IMG/VR virus record: IMGVR_UViG_3300031760_003860
Origin: an uncultured virus (IMG/VR IMGVR_UViG_3300031760_003860)
Taxonomy: Duplodnaviria; Heunggongvirae; Uroviricota; Caudoviricetes
Strand: one strand, 5' to 3'
DNA: 64,000 nucleotides
Shown: positions 30,725 through 41,209 of the stretch, one piece after another
Layout: each line of letters opens with the position of its first letter
How positions within the stretch are numbered: position 1 is the first letter of the stretch
Notes under the pieces: model-generated
Told to the model about the DNA's origin: nothing
The model's input: the letters and a program-made list of their open reading frames with translations, nothing else
Databases searched by the model: none
Position numbers and translations under genes: made by a program

Positions 30725-33700
30725 TTATTTATCGTATATCTCTTTTAACCTATCTTTTAACCCCATAATGATTTTATATCCAAACATAGTAATCAGGATA
30801 CTTGGTGTTTTACGAGCGTTGATAGATAAAGGTGCTAAAGCTAAAGATATCTCCTCATCAGGTCTATTGATGGTATAAGGTTCATAACTTTCTGGAATAA
30901 CATCTCCTATAGTTCCTTTCAAAGCTGTAAAAAACATTACATTCACATGATTCGTTACTTCATGCAGTTCTCTTATGAACTTCCCTAAGTCTCCTTAGGA
31001 TATTAGACTATATCTTCCTTATTATAACTTTTACCATTATAATAAAGCCTCCCATTTCGTAAAGGACCAATTTCGTCCACCCCACTTGGGTCTACTCTAC
31101 TCGCTTCTTCACTTAAGTCTTTCTCTTAAGCTATGCTTTCGATAGTCGTTGAACTCATATCTTATCATTGTAAGATACTTCGCTGCGTCGATTGCCTCTA
31201 CCTATAAACTTTTTACCATACCTCAGAAGTTACTCCTTGCCACTAAGTATGTTACCATCTTAGTTTGGTATTTATAGTCTAACGAGACTTTCCCGCAATT
31301 AGGAAGGTTTAACGTGACCAATCGCGTTTTAGTCACCTTATCACCGATACTACAAATATCTCTATATTTTATATAGAAAATGATAAGTACTCCATCGTTT
31401 ACTTTATTTCCTTTTATAATACCGTCTTTGGTTTCAATTTTATGGTCTGGCTCTGATACCAACATACCACAGCGATATACATCGCTACCTTTTTTATCAT
31501 ACTTCTTTAATAAAGCTTTCTTTGCTTTCACAGAAGACCAATAATCACCAACGATTTTCTGTAAAGAAGGTGATAACTCTGATAATTCAGAACCAGAGTA
31601 TACTTTAATTCCCTCGATAACACCACTATATTTTGCTTTAATAGGTGTTTTACCAAATGACTTAACTTCTTCTTTCAACTCTTCACCGATATTACCTAAG
31701 AGTTTATTCAAAGATTCTTCTTCGAAAGAATTTTCAAATACCATAAGTTCATCACCTAGTAATACTCTATCTCCTTCTTTAACCATTTTATCTACTGTAG
31801 CATTCTTACCTAATACTACAGGCACTTCCATTACTACTTCAGTAGCCATATCATTAGCAGCTTTAGAAGTAATGAATGTAGAGTCCTCAAAAGTAGAGTA
31901 CTCTTGCATAACAGCAATCTTTTCTAACGCTCCGATATTAAACTTATTACCAAATAATGTATTAGAAAAGAATTTACTATCATAAGCTAAGATATCATCT
32001 TTATCGAACTTGTCTCCTACTTTTAAATCATAGATTAACTGATTGGATAAGAAAAATCCTCCTGCACCATTCTTGTCAATCGTCTTAGAAATGTCAATTG
32101 CTTTAGTATAAGCAACTTCTCCTTTAGGCTGGTATTCTACTATCATCAAACCTAACTTTTCGTTGATTTCTTTAACAACGCCTTTTTCTTCTGCCGTTAC
32201 AACGAAGTCGTTAGATAAATGATATTGAATAACCTGCTCTGAACCATTTGAAATCAATACCGGAGATGCTTTTTCTACAGGAACAACATGCTTTGACTGT
32301 TTAACTGCCCGATTGGTATTCACATGAGTCGTTACTTCATGCAGTTCTCTTATGAACTTCTCTATATCACTATAGATGTCTAGACTATATCTTCATCTCT
32401 ATATACTGTTACCATATATAGAGAGCTTCCCATTTCGTTATCACTTGATAACTACTCTACTCAGTTACTCTCTTAGATATTTCTATCTAAGATACCCTTT
32501 CGATAGTCGTTGAACCTTACTCAAAAAAATAAAAAAAATAATGCCCGTTTATACTTCATCTCATTGAGATGTCTCACCAAAACGGAGCCGAAAGGTTCGA
32601 TTTACATTGGTAGCACATATGTACCACCAATGGCACTATAATCCCTATGTCACCATAGGGGGTTGCCCCACGCTTCCTCTCCTTCTTTAAGGAGTCTTCT
32701 ACCTATCACTAGGTACTAAAAGGCACCACTGGTCAAATAAATGATCAGCTGAATGTCATCTAATGCTATTAGACTTTATTCACAATAATAATATATACTT
32801 ATATATTTATATTAAACTATTTTGAGTATTGGCTGCTGATTGTCCTCGAAGGAGTTCCCAGCAATTAAGGAAGTTTGTAGTATATGTCACCATATACTGC
32901 CACTACTAGTTAATGGCTGTTCTTGTTGTGTCATCGCGTGTTGCTCCCAAAGGAGAAAGTAATTCTCCTGGTGTTAATAAGTTAACATCTTTTAATTTAT
33001 CTAATTCATCTTCATGTAAATCCATATAACCACGAGCATTTGTGATGGTAGGCTCCAGTGTTAGGGACCGGACAACACCACAATTCATGTCTATTGTATC
33101 TTCCCACAGGTCGTTAATCTGTAGAGTTCTCTTATGAACTTCTCTATATTGCTATAGACGATGAGACCATATCTTCATCTCTATATACTGTTACCATATA
33201 TAGAGAGAAACCCTTTTCGTTATCACTTGATAACTACTCTACTCAGTTACTCCTTACTATATTTCTATAATAAGTACCTTTTCGATGGTCGTTGAACGTT
33301 CCTCTTATTAAGAGGCTTCGCTGCTGATTGTCCTCGAGGGAGTTCCCAGCAATTAAGGTTTATTTGTAACTATTATCACTAATAGTTGCCCCAACATGTT
33401 CTAGGGCTAGTCGACATGCCGATTACACCTAACATCGAGCTATCATATGAACGTTTCTCTAATGTATATGCGTCCGATAAGTTCATACCAGCAGGTCCTT
33501 TTGGTGTACAAGCATGTAACTTTTCTGCTTCTGTCATAGGATTTAACTTTGAATAATTTTCTACAATCTGATTCTGTAATACATTCTTAATGACAATATC
33601 CTGCGGTATTGACATCTTGACTGGATTATTACTATATGCAGTATTCTTATATCTCAAATAAGCATCGGCAATCGCCTCATATAAGAATGTGACTACAATC

Positions 33701-36267
33701 TCAGAACTTCGTATTCTTGCATTATTGAAATTCATCTCCGCGATATACTTATTGTCAGACAGTAATTCATTTGCAAATAATACTAAGCCACAAAAATCTG
33801 TTGGATAGTTAAAGTCATCCAATACTTCTTTTGTAATTGGTCCTATAAAAAACTCATAGAACTGCTCAAAAGCCGATGCTAATAACTTTTTACCATAATT
33901 GGTTTCAATAATGTCAAAATAGACATCTTTTTCATTGAATTCAGAGAATTCATATAATTCCGTATGCAGCTCTTTTAAACCGTTTAATAATAACTGGTTT
34001 TTAAACGGTGAACCTTCATATAAAAGATAGCCATCTGCGAACTTTATACTGTACTGATTCTTATAAATCTTAGCTCTTGGACTATCTGAGAATGAGTAGT
34101 TAATCCCTGCTTTTTTAAGAGTAATAGTCAATCCTTCTAAATAAGACAATAAAAGAATAACAGGTACTCTCTTCTTCATGATAGTACAGTAAGAATAAGT
34201 CGCTTTCTTACCAGGGTTCATTTTATTGAAGTTCTCTTTTAATTCACCACCTAATCTATCTGCGATATATTCGCAGAAGCTCTTATCTTCAACTAATTGG
34301 TCATTTGTGTTAATCCACAATAACTTCTTTTCTTTTGTCTTAGGATCAACTTCATACCCAAAACAGATATCAAATTCTTTCTCTTTCTTAGCTTTCATCT
34401 CTTTTACTAATGCTTCAGCGTCTTCCTGATTGAATAAGATATGAACTTTTCCGTTTGTTAATTCCCTATAGCGTTTACTAAGTTCATCATATTCAAAGAA
34501 TGTATCATAATCTTTATTAACACTGAAAGAGTTTCCTCGTTTAACCCGTATGGTAGACGCTTTCAATTTCTCTATGGATTTTACCATCATCTCAATATCT
34601 GTAGATGACTTTGTATTATAACGAGAAACGAAAATCTTTCTATTATATTCAGAAGAAACTAATTGTACTGTATCATGAGATGTTTTTACAATTGGCTTCA
34701 TCATCTGCTGATGAATGATAACCTTTTTATTTCCACCTAAATAGATGTATCGGTCATCTAAGAAGATAGGCATATCGAATTTTAAGGTATGCCTTACACG
34801 ATTCTCATCTTCTAACTTAACTGTCCAAGTTTCTTTAAGATTTAATTCATCTGACGTATCCTCTACCGATATATCTAAGATATAGATTCCTATCTTCTTA
34901 TCATTTAAAGACTTAATGACGCGGGTTATATCATTACGATACATTTTCTTGATATAAGTCTTTTCGATGTTCGGATAAGCTATCTTAGTAATATTCCGAT
35001 TTGATGTATTTACTTTATTCGATACATCGTGTATTGGAACTTTAATCTGTTCTCTTGGCAATTTATCCACTTCATCAATAGAAATACTGTCAAGTTTCAA
35101 TTTCTTTTGTTTTTCTCGCAATACCGTATCTCTCTTAATAGATGCTGTACTACGACCAGTTGCATGTTTTTCTCTTACTAACTGAATTTCACGCATTACA
35201 TCATCTGTATTGATTTCACCGTCGCTTTTTGCATTTTTATCAATTACGTCAGCGATTTCTTTTTCTTCTTCTTTATTGGTATTAATACGTTCTTCATGAA
35301 CATCCACAGTTCCGTCAGCATCTCCAGAGAAAGAATACTTATCTTTAAAGATATCTACGGCTCTTCCCAATTCCTTTTTTAATTCGGAAGTATCAATAGG
35401 GTCTTCGATATCTTCAATAATAGTATTAGGTAATATCTTATTTACTAATCTTCTATATAGAAGGACTTTTTTCTCATCGTGTTTAGCTGGGTTAATCTTA
35501 AAGAATTTATTCTGACCTACTATTACGATATCGATATCACCTAATGCTTTGTATGCATCTGGGTCTTTTCTCATAAGATAATAAAAGATGAATAAAATAT
35601 TATCCCACTGCTTCTTCGTCATATTATTATCGATACCTTTCTTAGATATCCAAGAATTTGCATCAATAAGCATTGTCTTATGATAATCTTTTAATCTAGG
35701 GTCATTGATAACGTTCTTAGTGATTGTCATAATAGTATTGACTTTAATAATCATACTATTACTGAAGCCTTCTCTTTCTAAGTACATCTGATTATACTTA
35801 CTCATATCATAATAGAAGTTGAAATGATTTGCATTATGAATTTCATTGATACAATTCATTCCAGTTTCTTCAGTAACTTTAGCGTAAATTGGTATACGGT
35901 TCTTCTTATTAACCTCTCTAAACGTCTTATTTAGGATACGCAAAGAATAACGATAATCAATATAATATCTTTTATAACGATTCATCGAGTTAATGCTCGT
36001 ATGATTGATTAACTTAATAGAATCTTCGATAGAAGTTGTATTTAAAATAACAACTTCGTTCTTCGTCGGTTCTTTTGTATTATAAGGTAAGAATATATTC
36101 TTTTGTAGTTTATAGTAAGGCATAGCTGAGAAAATACGATACGCTTCTGTAACAGGTTCTAGATGGTCTATATCTACCATACTTTCTAAGTATGCTTTAC
36201 TACTCTCATAAATAGATTCTTCTCTTTCTTTAGATATCCCATTCATAACAATAGTATTACTAACCAT
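30725..36267 (-). CDS. rpoB: Phage multisubunit RNA polymerase beta-like subunit (probably virion RNAP), 4 exons: 36267-33403, 33091-32913, 32309-31331, 30934-30725; ~1410 aa
   Basis: Motifs YIYLGGNKK, RIRSSE, NPMTEAE...KGPAGMN. Spliced junctions give TSP|DMNCGVVR, DDTTRTAM|AVKQ and GDKVT|FFTALKG, matching conserved beta regions. TFEDSTFITS also present. RBS AGGAG before ATG 36267. Confidence 0.9.
30935..31330 (-). mobile_element. ORF-less group I intron (RNAP beta intron 3)
   Basis: P1 GTGACT|...GGTCAC with U.G; P/Q/R/S core; ends GTAATG; frame restored. Confidence 0.92.
32310..32912 (-). mobile_element. Group I intron (RNAP beta intron 2) with a ~300-nt structured insert in P6
   Basis: P1 GCCAT|...GTGGC with U.G; splits an ATG codon (AT|G); ends CCAATCG; P6 TACTCAAAA/TTTTGAGTA encloses the insert. 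Confidence 0.92.
32525..32795 (-). ncRNA. Candidate structured RNA nested in the intron P6 loop
   Basis: TATATTAT promoter-like motif (32788-32795), several GNRA-capped hairpins, stems with G.U pairs that favour the minus strand, and a terminal stem plus long U-run; no ORF. Confidence 0.55.
33092..33402 (-). mobile_element. ORF-less group I intron (RNAP beta intron 1), apparent terminal A
   Basis: P1 GCCCT|...GGGGC with U.G; compensatory P7 GACCA/TGGTC; the in-frame 3' exon begins GAC ATG AAT after ...CAATA. Confidence 0.88.
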
Positions 36268-36293
36268 AATTATTACTCCTTTCTTTCCTATAT

Positions 36294-36305
36294 TAAAGAT
36301 TTGTT
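36294..36305 (-). promoter_or_regulatory. AR9-type late promoter for the RNAP beta gene
   Basis: AACA-AATCTT-TA. Confidence 0.65.
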
Positions 36306-36327
36306 TTTTACTTAATATACGAAGCAC

Positions 36328-36618
36328 AAGAAAAGACCTAAGCTTAAAGAAATAAGCTTAGGTCATTATATTTAAAAGTTGCACGGGACTTCCAATATTC
36401 CCAATGTGCGTATACGCCTTACGATACGTATACAATAAAAATCGAATTATACTCCTTCAAACGCGCATTGCTAATTACTATACGGAGTTGTAACTTAGGT
36501 GTAACCACTGACCCATTACGGTGCCAGCTTGATGACGCAAAGGATGCACTCGACAACTCATATACGCCCTCCTGCTAGGGATTCAAATAATTCTATAATA
36601 ATTACCGAGCCTAACATT
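36328..36618 (-). ncRNA. Candidate structured ncRNA (minus strand)
   Basis: AACA-CTTTAG-TA promoter at 36618-36629; GC-richer multi-stem body; perfect terminator GACCTAAGCTTA/TAAGCTTAGGTC plus T-run. Confidence 0.55.
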
Positions 36619-36686
36619 ACTAAAGTGTTTAATGAATTTGAAAAAATAATTTTTTATAAAAAAATATATAGATGCAACATATAATT

Positions 36687-36838
36687 GAAAGACGGACGCT
36701 TTCATATGAAAAACTAGTCAGCCGCAGATTTAGTCCCATTGGATCAGGGGCGTTGGAGGCGGTAAGATGGATTAGTTCAGGGATTTGGTGTAGGTGCGAA
36801 GCTCGTGAAGATAGCTTGCGCCTATACCCTGTTTTTGC
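36687..36838 (+). ncRNA. Candidate structured ncRNA (plus strand)
   Basis: AACA-TATAAT-TG promoter at 36676-36687; stems AACTAGTC/GATTAGTT and GCCGC/GCGGT; long 3' hairpin plus T-run. Confidence 0.5.
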
Positions 36839-36960
36839 AAAATCGTATTTTTTGTATAAGTACATATACATTATTTTTGTGTATATAGATAGTCTATATA
36901 CTTCATATACCTGTCGTATATGAATTACTATGTTCCTAGATAAAATCTGGAGAGGAAGGT

Positions 36961-37344
36961 ATGGTGACTATTATGAAATCAAGAGCTAAAGGTTTAGAAA
37001 TTACAGTAAACTTCAATATCGGTATCAAAGCTGGAAGTATTGAGTTATCTAATGAGAGAAACGATAATCCAAGAAAAAATAATGAGGTTTACAAAGATGT
37101 GGATACATGCTGCAATTTTAACATCAAGTTCGGTGCTGATGAATATGAGGATGAAATCGACTTAAAGGAACTGACTGAAGCTTTGAATACTCTTGTCAAT
37201 AAATCTGTCTCCGAAGTTAAAGAGAAGATTGAAGAACAGAAAACGACTGAAGAATCTGCAGAGAAAAACTCAGCAACAGATTCTTCCGAAGAACATTATT
37301 CTGATGATATCGACGGAGATGAAATCGCAAACGGAATGTGCTAA
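36961..37344 (+). CDS. Hypothetical acidic protein
   Basis: 127-aa ORF with purine-rich RBS and a downstream terminator. Confidence 0.65.
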   Translation: MVTIMKSRAKGLEITVNFNIGIKAGSIELSNERNDNPRKNNEVYKDVDTCCNFNIKFGADEYEDEIDLKELTEALNTLVNKSVSEVKEKIEEQKTTEESAEKNSATDSSEEHYSDDIDGDEIANGMC

Positions 37345-37393
37345 TCCTTACATAATAAAAGAAGGTTTGAACTAATAGATTCGCCTTCTTTTT

Positions 37394-38400
37394 TGTAAAT
37401 TATTTCCATTTATTTTTTATGAGAAGTTATTTTTATTATTTTATTGCTCTATTGTCCAAATATAGGTACGATATAAATAAATTCATAAAAAGTTCATTTT
37501 ATTATAAAATATCTCTAACATAGTAGTAATAAAACATTAGCCCGAAGGGGCAAAGGTGAAACGACTAGAAAGATAGGAATAGAAGAAAAATAAATATAAT
37601 TGCAATTACTTTTAATTAAATTGATTATAATTAGCATGCCTATTATAATTTCTCTTTATTATACTATATTATATTATAATATCCCAAGTGAATTTTTTTA
37701 TTTACTTGGGATATTTTTTTTGATTAATAGATGAATTTTAATATTTTTTACCAATTCTATATTTTGTATATTAAATATATTATACCAAAAATATAAAAAT
37801 GGGAATAATTATTACTGTAAATTATTTCCATTTATTTTTTATGATAAGTTATTTTATCATTTTATTGTTCTATTATCCAAATATAGGTATGATATAAATG
37901 AATTCATAAAAAGTTCATTTTATTATAAAAAATGTATAACATAGTAGTAATAAACAATGCCCCGAAGGGCGCATTGTTTATAATTCCCCGGAGGGGAACC
38001 CGAACGGGGAATTATCAAAGGGAGCTCCGGAGGAGCGACGAGCGGAACGAAGTGGAGCGGAACAGAAGAAGCGGGAGCATACAAGATGGAAGGAGAAGAA
38101 AGAAAAGAAGAGAAGAAGTAGGAATAGGAAAAATAGAAATATAATTATATAAATTAAAATTATATGAATTACAATTATGAATTTATATATTTACCATTTA
38201 ATTTATATTGATTATTATTTTATCATATATTATATATGCTTAATATAGTATATATAATATATTATTATATTGCAAAATGAAAAATTTTTAATTAGTTTGG
38301 ATAATATTTGACAGATTAGTAGAAGAATTTTAATATTTCTTTTACTAATCTGATTATTTTTGTTAAAAATTGTATATTAAATATATTATACCAAAAGTAA
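37394..38400. repeat. Imperfect ~155-bp direct repeat (37394-37550 and 37816-37970) plus a shorter second repeat in a very AT-rich non-coding region; possible replication origin
   Basis: TGTAAATTATTTCCATTTATTTTTTATGA...AACATAGTAGTAATAAA...CCCGAAGGG occurs twice. TTGTATATTAAATATATTATACCAAAA occurs at ~37763 and ~38370. Confidence 0.75.
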
Positions 38401-39129
38401 GAAAAAGAGATAAAATTGATAAAATTTAGAGAAAAATAATAAAATTTACCAATAAATGTAAAAAGTATAGAAATACTAAAAATCTTATTTCCCAATATAA
38501 GGAGACTATTAAAAGTCCAATTAAAAATAAAAATTGATAAACAAAATTATAATAAACATTCCTGTGAAGGAATGTTTATTATACATTCTATTGCTTTTTA
38601 TCCAAGATATGTTGGTTAATAGAAAGCAATAATTTTATATAATTTATGCTATATAATAAACTAGAAATAGTTTATTGACAATCCATAAAATTCATAAATG
38701 TCTTGAGCTAGTTTGGTGAATACTCAACTAGCTCCCTTTCTATTGTAAATTCACTCCATATATAAATAATTTAATTATATAAAGAAAGAGTGATATAATT
38801 TACCAAAATAACTAATATTGCAATTAAAGTATCTACCTACATGGGTATACACTTCTATTATCAATTTAGATGATATATAAGAGAAACTTCTTAAATTATT
38901 TGAATTTACTTTAACTGGAATATTTAATCTTAGGGCAGGAGAAAAAATAGATATGGGATTATTAGTGAGAATTCTATGTTCCGACCAGAATATAACAGCG
39001 TCTTTTTATTTACAGATAACGATGGGGCAGAGTATTATTTGAACCTATATACATTTAGACATACTAGTGATGATAAAATTATTTTATCATTCAAACAGTT
39101 TCAATTAAATTGAATTTTAATATTTGCTT

Positions 39130-39450
39130 AACATAATAGTATATCCATTATGCTGAGTGGATATGACTGATTACTCCACTTCATTACCACCAGAGATGGA
39201 TAATACACTATCTTTGGTGGTAACCCCTCATTTTTAATTTATATAACATAGTAGTAAATACTTATTTCTCCATTGATACAAGTATTTACTTCCCATCCAT
39301 TAGAGAGTAGTCCCATAACTCTCTAATGGATTCTATTTTTAAAATTAAATAAGCATTAACATTTATATGAAACCAAGAAATTTGTACAACTTATATCATT
39401 TGTCTAGTAAGCCATTTTCTACATCGTGGTTTACTGGGCATCTTATTTTT
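39130..39450 (+). ncRNA. Three tandem promoter-hairpin-terminator small-RNA units
   Basis: AACA-N6-TA/TG at 39130, 39245 and 39358, each followed by ~90 nt ending in a hairpin plus T-run. Confidence 0.5.
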
Positions 39451-39468
39451 CTATCAATGAAATAAAGA

Positions 39469-39476
39469 TATATTAT
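39469..39476 (+). promoter_or_regulatory. Early-type promoter motif TATATTAT
   Basis: TATATTATTT.A.TGATATCGGT is shared with 48439; TATATCAT variants at 47771 and 56131; each precedes an accessory gene. Confidence 0.55.
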
Positions 39477-39530
39477 TTTATTGATATCGGTTAACAACTA
39501 AGTTATAAAATACTAAAGGAGGAATCAGTT

Positions 39531-40433
39531 ATGCTTGATTATAACAAAAGAATTGACGCAAGTCAAGGTCAAAAAAGAATTACAGTAAAGGATTTAATTG
39601 AATATTTAAAGACACTTAATAAGGATGCAAAAATAAGTGTTTTAGGAGACCCATGCTTTTATATCCACGTAGAACAGGATGGCTCAGAAGTCATTTTTGA
39701 CGATAGCCCTCTTGAAGATGAATATCCGATGTCTTACTCTATGAGTGATTATTTGGAAAGAAATAAAGCGGAGGAAAAGAGTAAGAAAGAAGCAAATGAT
39801 TTATATGAAAAGTCCATTAAAGCTCAGGCTGAGATTCCAGTAGATGAAAATAAACAGGAAATTCAGAGCGCTGGTCCTTATATGGAAGCATACTTAAAGC
39901 GTCATTTCACGAAAAAAGCATCAGATGACCTTAAAGAAATGCTAACAGGAAAGGTTAATCTAGATACATTTAAAGAAGCTTACATAGGAATTGGTGATTG
40001 CAGAGTTCTATTTGAAGCAAAAATGCATGAGCATCTAAATAGAATAGTTGTAATTGCATCTCCAGAGCTTCTCTGTATCGCTTTAGTGGTTAAGCATAGA
40101 GGGCGACTAAAAGTTATCCCTCAATGCTCTAATAATCCCTCATATTTACAAGAGGATAAGATATTGTCTATTAATGGAATTAATTTCCTAGTTAATAATA
40201 CAATACATTCAATGACTTCAGATAGATTTGTGATTATAGATATATTTAAGTTATCTGAATTAGCAAAAATGGTAATTCCGGATGCGATTGAGTATCTTAT
40301 GAACCGGAAGGAATACGATGCTAAAAACGATGATGAAGCTACCAGAGTAAAAACTGCATATAATTTTATTATAATGAACTCTAAAGGTAAATATGGACCT
40401 TTAGTACCATTAGTTTTACCAGTAAAGAATTAA
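39531..40433 (+). CDS. Hypothetical protein
   Basis: 300-aa ORF with RBS AGGAGG. Confidence 0.75.
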   Translation: MLDYNKRIDASQGQKRITVKDLIEYLKTLNKDAKISVLGDPCFYIHVEQDGSEVIFDDSPLEDEYPMSYSMSDYLERNKAEEKSKKEANDLYEKSIKAQAEIPVDENKQEIQSAGPYMEAYLKRHFTKKASDDLKEMLTGKVNLDTFKEAYIGIGDCRVLFEAKMHEHLNRIVVIASPELLCIALVVKHRGRLKVIPQCSNNPSYLQEDKILSINGINFLVNNTIHSMTSDRFVIIDIFKLSELAKMVIPDAIEYLMNRKEYDAKNDDEATRVKTAYNFIIMNSKGKYGPLVPLVLPVKN

Positions 40434-40726
40434 AATAAAACTGTATGTTAAACAGAATAAAAAGAGAGTGAATTAAAACTCTCTCTTTTTAAATATAGAA
40501 AGGAGGGGAAAGAACACTTATGAAAAGATGCCTGGCAGAGCAGAAATTTTGCCAGAATATTTTACCTAATAAAAATAAAAGATAACAGGTCTATCGTCAA
40601 AGCTAATAATGAAAGAATTATTATGACAGATGCTGAAGAGTATAATGGAACACATATTAATACTTTCGTTATTTAGTGATATTAAGAGATAAGACTTGCC
40701 ATATTAAGAAAGGAGGAATGATACAA

Positions 40727-41209
40727 ATGAGTAGACTTCCAGAATATTTTATTTATAGCGATGGTGCATGTAAAGGTAACCCGGGACCAGGTGGTTATGG
40801 GACTCTTGTGCTAACTATGAAAGAGCTAGACTTTACAGAAGTGGGACGCTTCGCTAGAGGTTATTTCGACACTACAAATAATAGAATGGAATTGATGGGA
40901 GTCATAAGAGGACTCATAGAAATTAAAAAACCATCGACTGTAGTTGTAATTACGGATTCTAAATATATCGTTGATTCCATCAATAAAAGATGGTTAAATA
41001 ATTGGTTGAGGAATGGTTGGATAACAAGCACCCAGAAACCAGTTAAAAATAAAGATTTGTGGTTAGAACTACTAAAACAGATGAAAAATCATAATGTTAC
41101 GTTTCAATGGGTAAAGGGTCATGCACAGAATGAGTATAACAATACTTGTGATAAGTTAGCTGTAGAAGCATCCCATAACCCAGATAGTATTGACATTATA
41201 GTGAATTAG
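40727..41209 (+). CDS. rnhA: Ribonuclease HI
   Basis: IYSDGACKGNPGPGGYG, TTNNRMEL, TDSKY, PVKNKDLW, WVKGHA..N..CDKLA. Start could instead be ATG 40718. Confidence 0.96.
   Translation: MSRLPEYFIYSDGACKGNPGPGGYGTLVLTMKELDFTEVGRFARGYFDTTNNRMELMGVIRGLIEIKKPSTVVVITDSKYIVDSINKRWLNNWLRNGWITSTQKPVKNKDLWLELLKQMKNHNVTFQWVKGHAQNEYNNTCDKLAVEASHNPDSIDIIVN

Noticed and set aside
32585..32600. GAGCCGAAAGGTTC on the plus strand resembling group II intron domain V (possible twintron)
   Set aside because: Far too short for domain V, no domain VI or GTGCG boundary, and the other hairpins favour the minus strand
30935..33402. ORF-track termini such as RTCWGNY, KTRLVTLNLPNCGK..., MNTNR and MNVM treated as real protein ends of separate genes
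   Set aside because: They are read-through into intron sequence; the four ORFs are exons of one gene
36328..36840. tmRNA, tRNA, RNase P or SRP identity for the GC-rich intergenic RNAs
   Set aside because: No T-loop/CCA end, no GAGGAAAGTCC and no SRP GGAA-loop signature
36629..36923. Overlapping short ORFs 36629..36871 (-) and 36672..36923 (+)
   Set aside because: No RBS, atypical composition, and they overlap predicted RNA structure
37932..38144. 70-aa Arg/Glu-rich ORF
   Set aside because: Arises from the purine-rich low-complexity tract inside the repeat region; no RBS
37394..39450. Possible CRISPR array in the repeat-rich non-coding region
   Set aside because: No constant 25-40-nt repeat with regular unique spacers; only two long imperfect repeats and dissimilar hairpin units; no cas genes
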